This document shows, piece after piece, positions 1 through 8,564 of a DNA stretch of 29,411 nucleotides. The notes under the pieces are model-generated. The model saw only the letters and a list, made by a program, of their open reading frames with translations. It made no database searches and was not told the DNA's origin. The stretch spans positions 1 through 29,411 of the forward strand of contig JAEORO010000093.1 in the NCBI GenBank assembly GCA_016840855.1, read 5' to 3'. The stretch's first letter is position 1, and each line of letters begins with the position of its first letter. The DNA is from Candidatus Thorarchaeota archaeon. GTDB lineage: Archaea > Asgardarchaeota > Thorarchaeia > Thorarchaeales > Thorarchaeaceae. The translations under genes and the position numbers were made by a program.

Positions 1-98
1 ATTGCAGATAGACAGTCCATAATCCTTTTATTGGAATCCCCACGGTTTCGAGTAGTTCTGGCCAGCTACTAGGCCAAAAGACCAATCTGGTGATTCAA

Positions 99-638
99 AT
101 GGGAAAACGACCCGGCCATTGCTACAGAGAGTGCGACCGCCAGCCCTTCGTGAGGAAGCGGTATATCCACAGACAACCTGCTAGCAGATTGACTAGCTTC
201 GACATGGGTAGCGCAAACGGTGAATTTGAGGTAGAGATGTCACTAGTAGGTCTTGAAAGGTGTCAGATTAGACATCAAGCCCTTGAGGCGGCTCGCGTTG
301 CTGCAAACAGAGATATGACCAAGAAAGTAGGCCGACAGAACTATCACCTGAGAATGCGTGTAAAACCATACCACTACCTTCGCGAGAACAAGATGATCTC
401 AGGAGCTGGAGCAGACCGTGTGCAGGATGGTATGCGAAGAGCATGGGGTAAAGTGATTGGGCTCGCAGCGCGGATACGACCCGGCCAACCATTGATCACG
501 ATTCGAGTGAACCCTCGACACATACGACCGGCGATGACTGCTCTGAAGAAGGCAGCTCCAAAGATGCCTACGCCCTGCAAAATAGTCTTTGATAAAATAG
601 ACCCCGACTTGAAACGAAAAATGGGCTATGGCAATTAG
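99..638 (+). CDS. rpl10e: 50S ribosomal protein uL16 (L10e)
   Basis: MGKRPGHCYR N-terminus, ALEAARVAANR, LRENKMISGAGADRVQDGMRRAWGK. ATG at 99 follows a GGTGA SD-like motif (89-93); the ORF track starts at GTG 90. Confidence 0.96.
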   Translation: MGKRPGHCYRECDRQPFVRKRYIHRQPASRLTSFDMGSANGEFEVEMSLVGLERCQIRHQALEAARVAANRDMTKKVGRQNYHLRMRVKPYHYLRENKMISGAGADRVQDGMRRAWGKVIGLAARIRPGQPLITIRVNPRHIRPAMTALKKAAPKMPTPCKIVFDKIDPDLKRKMGYGN

Positions 639-1378
639 TCTTCAAGTTTCTTTCGCCCTTTTACAAGCTCATTGATCCGTCGGACTACACCCGTCAGTGT
701 AGCAACTTCTCTTCCAGTCATGTATGCCCGTCCTAGAAGATTCCTGAAGACCTGCTTAGCTATTGGAATCTTATGTTCCTTAAGGCTCAGTTGATCCACA
801 ACATTATCAAAGAACTTGTACACCTGTTCTCGTTCTTGATAGGTTGCCGCCCTAATTTCAGAGATTTTGCGTGGACTTTTCGGGGCATATTTTGAAAACA
901 AGTGATAGAGCACAATGGATACAGCATGACTGAGATTGAGACTTGGATACTCCTTTGATGTGGGTATCGTGAACGCTAGATCACATAATGTCATCTCCTC
1001 ATTGAGTAGCCCAGTGCTCTCCCTCCCAAAGACCAAGCCAATCCGGCCAGCAAGCGCATTCGGGTCTGGCAATTCTGACAGCGGTACTAGAGCCCTTGTT
1101 ACACTAAGATTTCCTCCAGCTCTTGCTGTCGCAGCCCAAGCTACATCAATATCAGCAAGAGCAGAACCTAGGTTCTCATAGATACCTGCTTCGTTCAAAA
1201 TCTCATTTGCATGCACTGAGAGCATCTGTGCATATTGGTTCTGTCGATAATCTTCTCCCACTAGTCTAAGCTCGTGTACACCAAAGTTAGCTAACGCTCT
1301 AGCAACAAAACCAACATTTCCCGGATTCTCTGGACCTACAAGAACAACAATCAAGTTGGGAAATTCCACCAATCCCAA
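635..1378 (-). CDS. trmJ: tRNA (cytidine/uridine-2'-O)-methyltransferase, TrmJ/SpoU family
   Basis: VVLVGPENPGNVGFVARALANFG, LVFGRESTGL, YPSLNLSHAV SPOUT motifs. TTG start; 4-bp convergent overlap with rpl10e. Confidence 0.9.
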   Translation of the reverse strand: MGLVEFPNLIVVLVGPENPGNVGFVARALANFGVHELRLVGEDYRQNQYAQMLSVHANEILNEAGIYENLGSALADIDVAWAATARAGGNLSVTRALVPLSELPDPNALAGRIGLVFGRESTGLLNEEMTLCDLAFTIPTSKEYPSLNLSHAVSIVLYHLFSKYAPKSPRKISEIRAATYQEREQVYKFFDNVVDQLSLKEHKIPIAKQVFRNLLGRAYMTGREVATLTGVVRRINELVKGRKKLED

Positions 1379-1381
1379 TCC

Positions 1382-2557
1382 CTACCTATGAGCGAGTTGT
1401 AAAATGTCTCCATCCTGCAATGGGTAGTTAAGACCCACAGTCCTTCTCTTAATCTTGTCATTTTCTCGAAGGATGACTGCAGAACGAAATCTCTCAACAA
1501 ACAGTTCTTTGTGTACCTTTCTAGCAGCGTCTTCAACAACTGAGCCTTCAGGAAGTACAATCGGTTTATCCTCTCTCTTTTTACCTGGAATTTTGGTATA
1601 GACCCTGAGAATGTCAAGATGTTCATAGAACGCCCAACTCATGCCATCAAGATTCTCTTTTCTTAGTGCAGAAACAGGAATTATGTCAAAACGATCACTG
1701 TATTTCTTCTCTAGTTCCTTGTATCTAGCTTCAGACCCCTCAGTATCACCCTTTGTTGCGATAATCATAGCTCGCACATACGCAACACTTGAGTCAAGGG
1801 CATCAACCAATTGTTCGAATGTTGCTGTTTTTTGAATACGTACTATAATATTTGTAATCCGACGGGCTCTGAGGTATTCCTTCAGTTCTTCAATATCTCC
1901 TTGATAATTCTGTACGCCATAAATCATGTGTCCACCAAGTCCTACTCTCTCAATCCTGATGGCAGACTTCTCTTTATTGAGACGAATTCTTGCAGCATTC
2001 AATTCACCAAGGATTGTGCTCATCTGCTGCTCAATGTCCATCGAGAGGTCGATGACTAGAGCAATACAGTCGGTGTTTCGAGCAACAGCTAATGCCTGAC
2101 GACCAATGCCTGCTTCATGACTTCCTTCAAAGACACCTGGGAGCTCCACCAGTTGAATATTGATGTCTTCTAGAGTTAGCATTGCAGGAGTAGGGATAGG
2201 TGTCGTGAAGGGATAGACACCGACATCCAATTCAGCATTTGTGACTGCATTAATCAGGGTAGACTTTCCGCTGTTTGTGACGCCAATAAGACAAATCTGA
2301 CCTGCGCCTTCTTTTCGTACAACACCCTCTTCTCCGCCTCCACTTCGACGCGCACGGTCTTGTTCTCTTTTCTTCTCCAACTGTGCCTTAAGCGTTGCAA
2401 GTTTCTTTCTGTAGTCTCCCACCATTCTCTCTGCGCCTTTGTGTCTAGGTGCAAGAGATAGGAGTTTCTCTAGCTCTACTATCCTCTGAGCGAGGTCTTC
2501 TGTTTCCTCGTATATTATCCGCTGTTTGTCAAACTCTGGGGTTACATTAGTAGGCAA
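1382..2557 (-). CDS. OBG/DRG-family GTPase with C-terminal TGS domain
   Basis: Typical (M)PTNVTPE N-terminus places the start at TTG 2557 rather than 2635. G1 GVTNSGKS, G2 YPFTT, G4 TKGD, G5 SA; TGS domain RVYTK...GSVVEDAARKVH...LQDGDIL. Confidence 0.9.
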   Translation of the reverse strand: MPTNVTPEFDKQRIIYEETEDLAQRIVELEKLLSLAPRHKGAERMVGDYRKKLATLKAQLEKKREQDRARRSGGGEEGVVRKEGAGQICLIGVTNSGKSTLINAVTNAELDVGVYPFTTPIPTPAMLTLEDINIQLVELPGVFEGSHEAGIGRQALAVARNTDCIALVIDLSMDIEQQMSTILGELNAARIRLNKEKSAIRIERVGLGGHMIYGVQNYQGDIEELKEYLRARRITNIIVRIQKTATFEQLVDALDSSVAYVRAMIIATKGDTEGSEARYKELEKKYSDRFDIIPVSALRKENLDGMSWAFYEHLDILRVYTKIPGKKREDKPIVLPEGSVVEDAARKVHKELFVERFRSAVILRENDKIKRRTVGLNYPLQDGDILQLAHR

Positions 2558-2618
2558 AGAATCACACTCAGTGACTGGCTCCACTAAAAAAAGAAAATTT
2601 GTTATTATGAAGCTTTCT

Positions 2619-3071
2619 TCAGGGATTGTTTTCAATCCGATCAGCTGATAAATTTGTGTCTAAAATAAACCTCTCCGGTTTGACAGAAGGAACCTCGACT
2701 ATATCAGAACCCCACAGCTCCATTAATTTGTCATACGACGATCGTACCAGTTCAATTCCATTGTCCATTATGAAACTTTCATCATGCTCTAGGTTTTGCG
2801 CTTTTTCAACTGCTTTTAGCAGAAAGAATGAGATTGACCTCTCGTCCGGCGAAACCCTCCTCAATGTGTTTCCTAGAAATGATACTACAGTTAAGTCATT
2901 CAAAGTTCCGATTGCGATTGATACAGCGACATCTAGTCTAAGGCTTCCTGACAAGAATAGACCGACATTAACACATCTGCACGCAGTGATGACTTCGAGG
3001 CTATTTCGTCCTGATTTTACAGAACTCTTGTCTATTGGTAATTCATCAAACCTCACGAGATAGCGACGCAT
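2619..3071 (-). CDS. TrmY-like (pseudouridine-54 N1-methyltransferase-like) SPOUT protein, C-terminally truncated
   Basis: MRRYLV...SGR...CRCVNVGLFLSGSLRLDV...PDERS match the TrmY N-terminal motifs. About 150 aa, lacking the usual C-terminal LGDH / SLGP knot motifs. ATG 3071 follows GTGGTGA. Confidence 0.65.
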   Translation of the reverse strand: MRRYLVRFDELPIDKSSVKSGRNSLEVITACRCVNVGLFLSGSLRLDVAVSIAIGTLNDLTVVSFLGNTLRRVSPDERSISFFLLKAVEKAQNLEHDESFIMDNGIELVRSSYDKLMELWGSDIVEVPSVKPERFILDTNLSADRIENNP

Positions 3072-3099
3072 CAGCATCACCACTTCAGGCGACTATTGA

Positions 3100-4443
3100 T
3101 CACATTCCTTGGAGTCCCGGAAATCCCGGAATACCTCCTTTCCGACCTCGTCGCTGCTTTCCCATATGTTTTATCATCGTCTTCATCTGCTCATGCTGCT
3201 TCAAGAGGTCTCTCACATCTTTCTGAGAGGTCCCAGAACCTTTCGCGATACGTTTGATTCTCGATGATTTGATAAGTCTAGGTTCTTCTAGCTCTTCTTT
3301 TGTCATGGAGTTCATTATGACTTCCCATCGTTTCATATTCTCTTCTTGAATCTCTGCAATACCATCAGGAAGTTTGTACTGAAGTCCCAGCATCTCCATC
3401 ACTTTACCAATTGGTCCCATCTTCTTCAGCTGCTTCATCTGAGCCATCATGTCTTTCAGTGTGAATTTTCCTTTCATGATACGTTTGGCTGCGTCTTCCT
3501 CGACCTCAATCTGAGCTTCCTTCACCTTCTCAATCAATCCGCGGATATCAGACATACCGAGAAGACGTCCAACGAACTTTGTTGGATTAAAGGGCTCAAT
3601 CGCATCCATACCTTCTCCAACTCCAATGAACTTGATAGGTGCTTGAGTTGCTGCTACTGCTGAGAGTGCACCACCTCCTTTCGCACTACCGTCAAGTTTA
3701 GTGACTATAATTGAACCGATATCTGTGGCTTTCTTGAAGGCAGCCGCCTGAATGCCTGCCTGCTGCCCAAGAGTACCGTCTATAACCAAGACAATTTCTT
3801 GAGGCTTTACACTCTTTGAGATGTCACGCATCTCTTTGATGAGGCCAGTTTCTTCTCTGTGTCTACCTGAAGTATCCAAAAGGATGAGTTCAATTCCCTT
3901 CTTTTGCATATCTTTGACGCCTTGTTTTGCAAGTTTCGTGGCGTCTTTTTCACTCTCATCGCCCCAAAATGGCACATTCGACCTCTCAGCCAATTGTTTC
4001 AGCTGGCTATAAGCTCCTGGTCTAAAGTTGTCTGCACAAATGACTCCGGTCTTAATCCCTCTTTTCTGGTAGTAACGAGCCAATTTTCCGATTGTAGTTG
4101 TTTTTCCAGATCCTTGGATACCCACCATCATGACAAGGTTGGGTTTCCCTGGATTGATTGTTAGAGGGACTGTTTTCTCCCCTAGGAAGAATGCCAAGGT
4201 GTCCCATACCACACGGACAATATGCTCACGACGGGAAACACCTCTTGGTAACTTTTCATCTAGGGCTTGTTCTTGAACTCTCTTTGTTATGGCCATCACT
4301 AGGTTGACATCAACATCCGCAACTAACAACGCACGTTGAATATCCTTCACGAGTTCCTTTACAAGTTCTTCATCAACTACACTTGCTCCAAAGAGCCTCT
4401 TCAAAGCAGAGTTCAGCGATTTTCCAAGTCCTTCTAAAACCAA
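3100..4443 (-). CDS. srp54: Signal recognition particle 54 kDa protein
   Basis: GIQGSGKTTT, DTSGRH, TKLDGSAKGGGALS, Met-rich M domain with SRIKRIAKGSG. TTG start with GGTGA SD. Confidence 0.97.
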   Translation of the reverse strand: MVLEGLGKSLNSALKRLFGASVVDEELVKELVKDIQRALLVADVDVNLVMAITKRVQEQALDEKLPRGVSRREHIVRVVWDTLAFFLGEKTVPLTINPGKPNLVMMVGIQGSGKTTTIGKLARYYQKRGIKTGVICADNFRPGAYSQLKQLAERSNVPFWGDESEKDATKLAKQGVKDMQKKGIELILLDTSGRHREETGLIKEMRDISKSVKPQEIVLVIDGTLGQQAGIQAAAFKKATDIGSIIVTKLDGSAKGGGALSAVAATQAPIKFIGVGEGMDAIEPFNPTKFVGRLLGMSDIRGLIEKVKEAQIEVEEDAAKRIMKGKFTLKDMMAQMKQLKKMGPIGKVMEMLGLQYKLPDGIAEIQEENMKRWEVIMNSMTKEELEEPRLIKSSRIKRIAKGSGTSQKDVRDLLKQHEQMKTMIKHMGKQRRGRKGGIPGFPGLQGM

Positions 4444-4594
4444 GACAATATCACCGTTTTCTGGGAGTGCTCTAAAGGATGTTCATATCAACCTTCGCTT
4501 TTGAGTCACATGCGCTAGATGAGGGTATTTCGCGCTCCTAATGATAAGGTCTAAATCCGAGTGAATAATTGTACGAGCTCGCGTGTGATTCGAC

Positions 4595-5080
4595 ATGTCG
4601 GAGAAAGTAGGCACTGAAAAAATCAGAATTGTAAAGATTTCTGATGGAACCGTGATTGACCATATTAGGGCAGGAAAAGCCTTGGAGGTTCTCAAGATCC
4701 TCGGAATAACTGGCAAAGATGGGAATATTGTTTCTTTAGCCATGAACATTAGTAGTTCAAAGATACTAAAGAAAGATATCGTGAAAGTTGAGCATCGACT
4801 CCTCAAAGATGAAGAGGTCGCGCGCATCGCACTCGTTGCACCAGAAGCTACAATCAACCTTATAGAAGACTTCAAGGTTATGAAGAAGACCCGTGTCGAG
4901 CTTCCTGATATGATTCCTGGCATCTTCAAGTGCCCGAATCAACGCTGCGTTACAAACAAAGAACGTGAGCCGATTCATGGTAAATATGAGGTCGTTTCAA
5001 AGACACCTGTTCAGCTAAAATGTTTATATTGTTGGACAATTGTCGAAGAGCAAGACTTCATTTCTCAATTTGCGAGCTAG
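4595..5080 (+). CDS. pyrI: Aspartate carbamoyltransferase regulatory chain
   Basis: KISDGTVIDHI, KKDIVKVE, APEATINLI, Zn ligands CPNQRC and CLYC. Confidence 0.95.
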   Translation: MSEKVGTEKIRIVKISDGTVIDHIRAGKALEVLKILGITGKDGNIVSLAMNISSSKILKKDIVKVEHRLLKDEEVARIALVAPEATINLIEDFKVMKKTRVELPDMIPGIFKCPNQRCVTNKEREPIHGKYEVVSKTPVQLKCLYCWTIVEEQDFISQFAS

Positions 5081-5162
5081 TTTCCTGCCTTCGCGTTCAT
5101 TCCAAACGCTTTTTAGAGGACAGCTTTGCATGAGTCTAAGTCCGACTACAGTGGTAGATTCC

Positions 5163-5486
5163 ATGTCAAGTGATAAGATTGCAGTGATTGGCGATAGGGA
5201 CACGGTCACCGGATTTCGGCTGGTCGGTGTGAACGAATGTGCTGTTCCAAAAACACCTACAGAAACTCGTGATTTACTCTATCAGTATTTCAGAGACCCT
5301 ACTATGGGACTCGTAATCATCACTGAACCTTTAGCTGCCGAAGTGGAGGAAACAATCGTTGAGCTTTCACAGTCCCCCGTACCAGTTATATTGTTGGTAC
5401 CAGACAGAAATGGAACCACTGGCGCCTATGAAACAGTACTAAAAGAACTGATTCGCAGAGCTGTTGGAATCGAGATTAACATATAG
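5163..5486 (+). CDS. atpF: A/V-type ATP synthase subunit F
   Basis: KIAVIGDRDTVTGFRLVGV and LIRRAVGIEI. True start is ATG 5163; the longer ORF from 5040 overlaps pyrI. Confidence 0.93.
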   Translation: MSSDKIAVIGDRDTVTGFRLVGVNECAVPKTPTETRDLLYQYFRDPTMGLVIITEPLAAEVEETIVELSQSPVPVILLVPDRNGTTGAYETVLKELIRRAVGIEINI

Positions 5487-5507
5487 TCCAAGACAAAATC
5501 GGAGATA

Positions 5508-7319
5508 TTGACATTGACCAAAGTAACTGGGCGTATTGAAAGTATTGCAGGACCTGTCGTCAAATGTTCAGGTATACCTGCTGTGCGTATGTATGAAGTC
5601 GTCCGAGTTGGACACCAGCAACTGATTGGTGAAGTTATTGAAGTTGGAGAAGAGGAGTTTACAGCCCAGGTCTATGAGGAAACGTCTGGTATTGCACCAG
5701 GTGAGCCAGTAGTAGCCACAGGAGACTCCCTTTCAGTAGAACTTGGTCCGGGCCTTTTGGGATCAATCTATGATGGTATTCAAAGACCACTTCCTGACCT
5801 CAGGGAATTATCTGGTGATTTTATTACAAGAGGACTAAGCGTTGAAGGTCTCAACAAGGAAAAGAAGTGGGAGTTCAGACCTTCAGCAAAAGTAGGAGAC
5901 AATGTTGAACCTGGTGATGTAATTGGTGAGGTCCCTGAAACAGGTATAATTACATCCAAGATTCTGATTCCCTTAGGTGTAAAGGGAGAGATAGTTGAGC
6001 TGGTAAAGAAGGGTGAATACACAGTCAATGAAACTATCTGTAAAGTGAAAGATCAACATGACGATGTCCATAATGTCATGATGATGCAGAGAACTCCTGT
6101 AAGGGTAGGTCGACCCTTCAAAGACCGTGTAGGAATGGACACGCCTTTGGTGACAGGGCAGCGTGTCATTGATACATTCATGCCCCAAGCTAAAGGTGGA
6201 ACCGGTGCTATTCCTGGAGGTTTTGGGACAGGAAAGACTGTAACTTTACACCAGTTTGCCAAGTGGGCTGACGCACAGGTCGTTGTCTATGTTGGTTGTG
6301 GTGAACGCGGAAATGAGATGACTGAAGCGCTTGAAGAATGGCCACATCTCAAGGACCCAAAAACAGGTCGCCCTCTGATGGAACGGACAGTCCTGATTGC
6401 TAACACATCTAACATGCCAGTTGCGGCACGAGAAGCGTCAATCTATGTTGCAGTCACTATTGCTGAATATTTCAGAGACCAAGGTTTCGATGTTGCCTTG
6501 ATGGCTGACTCCACTTCTCGGTGGGCTGAAGCACTACGTGAAATCTCTGGTCGTCTTGGTCAACTTCCCTCTGAAGAAGGGTATCCGGCATATCTTGGGT
6601 CACGACTTGCTCAGTTCTATGAACGTGGTGGTCGAGTAAAAACACTTGGCTCAGAAGAGAAACTTGGTTCAATTACACTCTGCGGAGCTGTTTCGCCTCC
6701 CGGAGGTGATTTCTCGGAACCAGTTACTCAAGCAACGCTCAGAATTGTGAAAGTATTTTGGGCTCTTGACAAAGATCTTGCAGCTAGAAGATTCTTCCCT
6801 GCCATTAACACATTAACAAGCTACTCGCTATATTTCACCACACTTGAGAGATGGCAAAGAATGAACATGGGTGATGATTGGCCTGCGTTAGTCAAGGAAG
6901 CACTTGCTCTCCTACAGAAGGATCAAGAACTAAGAGAGATAGTACAGCTTGTGGGACCTGATGCACTTCCTGAGTCCGAACGTGCGATTCTAGAAGCTGC
7001 ACGTATGATTAAGGAAGACTTTCTGACACAGAGTGCACTTCATGAGATTGATACGTACTCTCCCATTGGTAAGACCTATCGTATGCTGAGGATTATTATC
7101 ATCTTTGCAAACAAAATGACAGAGGCTGTAAAGTTAGGTGTACATGTCAAAAGAATCTTGGAGCTTAGTGTTCTGGACAATATTGCTAGGATGAAGATTG
7201 CACCTTGGGACTCATACGATGAAACAATGGATGCTATCGAACGAAAGATGGATGGAGAATTTCAATCACTCTTTCAAGAATTATCTGAATCAGGTCTAGT
7301 GTACCAAGAAAGTGCATAA
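5508..7319 (+). CDS. atpA: A/V-type ATP synthase catalytic subunit A
   Basis: QVYEETSG, Walker [46 protein letters not shown] start at 5508 or 5514 after GGAG; no intein. Confidence 0.97.
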   Translation: MTLTKVTGRIESIAGPVVKCSGIPAVRMYEVVRVGHQQLIGEVIEVGEEEFTAQVYEETSGIAPGEPVVATGDSLSVELGPGLLGSIYDGIQRPLPDLRELSGDFITRGLSVEGLNKEKKWEFRPSAKVGDNVEPGDVIGEVPETGIITSKILIPLGVKGEIVELVKKGEYTVNETICKVKDQHDDVHNVMMMQRTPVRVGRPFKDRVGMDTPLVTGQRVIDTFMPQAKGGTGAIPGGFGTGKTVTLHQFAKWADAQVVVYVGCGERGNEMTEALEEWPHLKDPKTGRPLMERTVLIANTSNMPVAAREASIYVAVTIAEYFRDQGFDVALMADSTSRWAEALREISGRLGQLPSEEGYPAYLGSRLAQFYERGGRVKTLGSEEKLGSITLCGAVSPPGGDFSEPVTQATLRIVKVFWALDKDLAARRFFPAINTLTSYSLYFTTLERWQRMNMGDDWPALVKEALALLQKDQELREIVQLVGPDALPESERAILEAARMIKEDFLTQSALHEIDTYSPIGKTYRMLRIIIIFANKMTEAVKLGVHVKRILELSVLDNIARMKIAPWDSYDETMDAIERKMDGEFQSLFQELSESGLVYQESA

Positions 7320-7384
7320 AAAAATGTGAATCAGCCCCAAAAATCGTTCCCTTTATGGGTATGAATGTGACTTGGTAATTAGAA

Positions 7385-7936
7385 ATGTCGCCAGAAGATC
7401 AGATTAAAGTCTTACATGAAATCATCAGAAACTGCACTTTGTGTCCTCTCCATCGTACACGCACGAATGCTGTTCCCGGTGAAGGCTCTGCGAGTGCACG
7501 AGTGATGTTTATAGGTGAAGCACCTGGCGCAAGTGAGGATAAGTCTGGACGTCCCTTTGTAGGGAAATCCGGTGAGCTTCTCACAGCAATGATGCAAGAG
7601 ATTGGCATCAAAAGAGATGATGTCTTTATTACATCGATTCTGAAGTCGCGCCCTCCTCGAAATAGAACACCCATCCAGGCTGAGATTGATGCCTGTAGAC
7701 CGTACCTTGAACAACAGATTGCGATAATCAATCCCAAGATCATAGTACTCTTGGGCGCTGTAGCAATTTCCTCTCTTATCGGTCCTTGGAAGGTTTCCGA
7801 AGCCCATGGCAGGTTCTATGAAACCAAAGGTCGAACATACTTCATGACCTACCACCCCGCAGCTGCGTTAAGATTCCCAAATGTAAAATCAACAATGAAA
7901 GAGGATTTCCTGATTCTAAGTAGAGAACTTGTTTGA
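7385..7936 (+). CDS. udg: Uracil-DNA glycosylase, family 4 (Fe-S type), atypical
   Basis: CTLCPL, motif A GEAPGASEDKSGRPFVG, RPPRNR, motif B TYHPAAALR. Confidence 0.9.
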   Translation: MSPEDQIKVLHEIIRNCTLCPLHRTRTNAVPGEGSASARVMFIGEAPGASEDKSGRPFVGKSGELLTAMMQEIGIKRDDVFITSILKSRPPRNRTPIQAEIDACRPYLEQQIAIINPKIIVLLGAVAISSLIGPWKVSEAHGRFYETKGRTYFMTYHPAAALRFPNVKSTMKEDFLILSRELV

Positions 7937-7971
7937 GTGGTCATTATATCTAGTAATGTTCACTTCCTATT

Positions 7972-8487
7972 GTGAGCCATATGGTATGTTCCCTGCTTCT
8001 TCTACTGGAGTTGCCATTTGAAGTTCAACTGCCCGACGCATGGTTGAATACAATTGGCGAGATACTCAACGTAATCTTCGCACTAGTTATTCGTGGGTAT
8101 CTTATTTTCATCCTGATTGGGATGATGATATATGCAACCAGTCTTAGTGATGGCCTTGCAAAATCCTTGGTGATATTAGGGATTGCACTTTATTTAGGTG
8201 GCCCTATCATCATCAATATTTTCGGATATTTCAGTGGAATCGAAGCAATCACCCTCGAGGGTGCAACAAGTGCTTGGCTCCACCTACTCGGAATGACTGA
8301 TGCTGAGTTAATATCAACACTAGTCTGGTTGGGAGATGCAGTTGCTGCTATCTGCATGCTTATTGGAGCTATTCTCTACTTCACGCCAACTGCAAACGAT
8401 ATGACCGGAAAGGGCAAGTCTCTGATGGTACGAGCCTTAATGTTGGCCCCAATTCTTGCCTTCTTTCACGTTGCTGCATGGTTATAG
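7972..8487 (+). CDS. Hypothetical membrane protein, about 4 TM helices, two internal VirB2/TrbC pilin-like repeats
   Basis: Hydrophobic hairpins; repeats LIGMMIYATS...AKSLV and LIGAILYFTP...GKSLM. Start uncertain (GTG 7972 or ATG 7981). Confidence 0.7.
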   Translation: MSHMVCSLLLLLELPFEVQLPDAWLNTIGEILNVIFALVIRGYLIFILIGMMIYATSLSDGLAKSLVILGIALYLGGPIIINIFGYFSGIEAITLEGATSAWLHLLGMTDAELISTLVWLGDAVAAICMLIGAILYFTPTANDMTGKGKSLMVRALMLAPILAFFHVAAWL

Positions 8488-8564
8488 AGCTCTTCGCAAC
8501 TCTTAAAACTCCCCTGATTTTACGACAGTGAAGCACTGATAGAATGGTAATGGCGGTTTCCAAA

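Noticed and set aside
2130-2155. DRG GTPase G3 motif reads ELPG instead of DxxG
   Set aside because: As I recall, ExxG occurs in other archaeal DRG paralogs with an MPTN start; all other G motifs are intact.
2560-2621. Possible selenocysteine read-through of the TGA ending the TrmY-like ORF
   Set aside because: Read-through gives RKLHNNKFSFFSGASH and then another stop, with no TrmY similarity and no SECIS-like element.
2558-2635. N-terminal extension of the DRG GTPase ORF (likewise 5040-5162 for atpF)
   Set aside because: Family-typical N-termini start downstream, and the extensions overlap upstream genes or promoter-like sequence.
7972-8487. The membrane protein as a duplicated ATP synthase c/K proteolipid
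   Set aside because: It lacks the Gly-rich inner helix and the conserved ion-binding Glu motif of c subunits.
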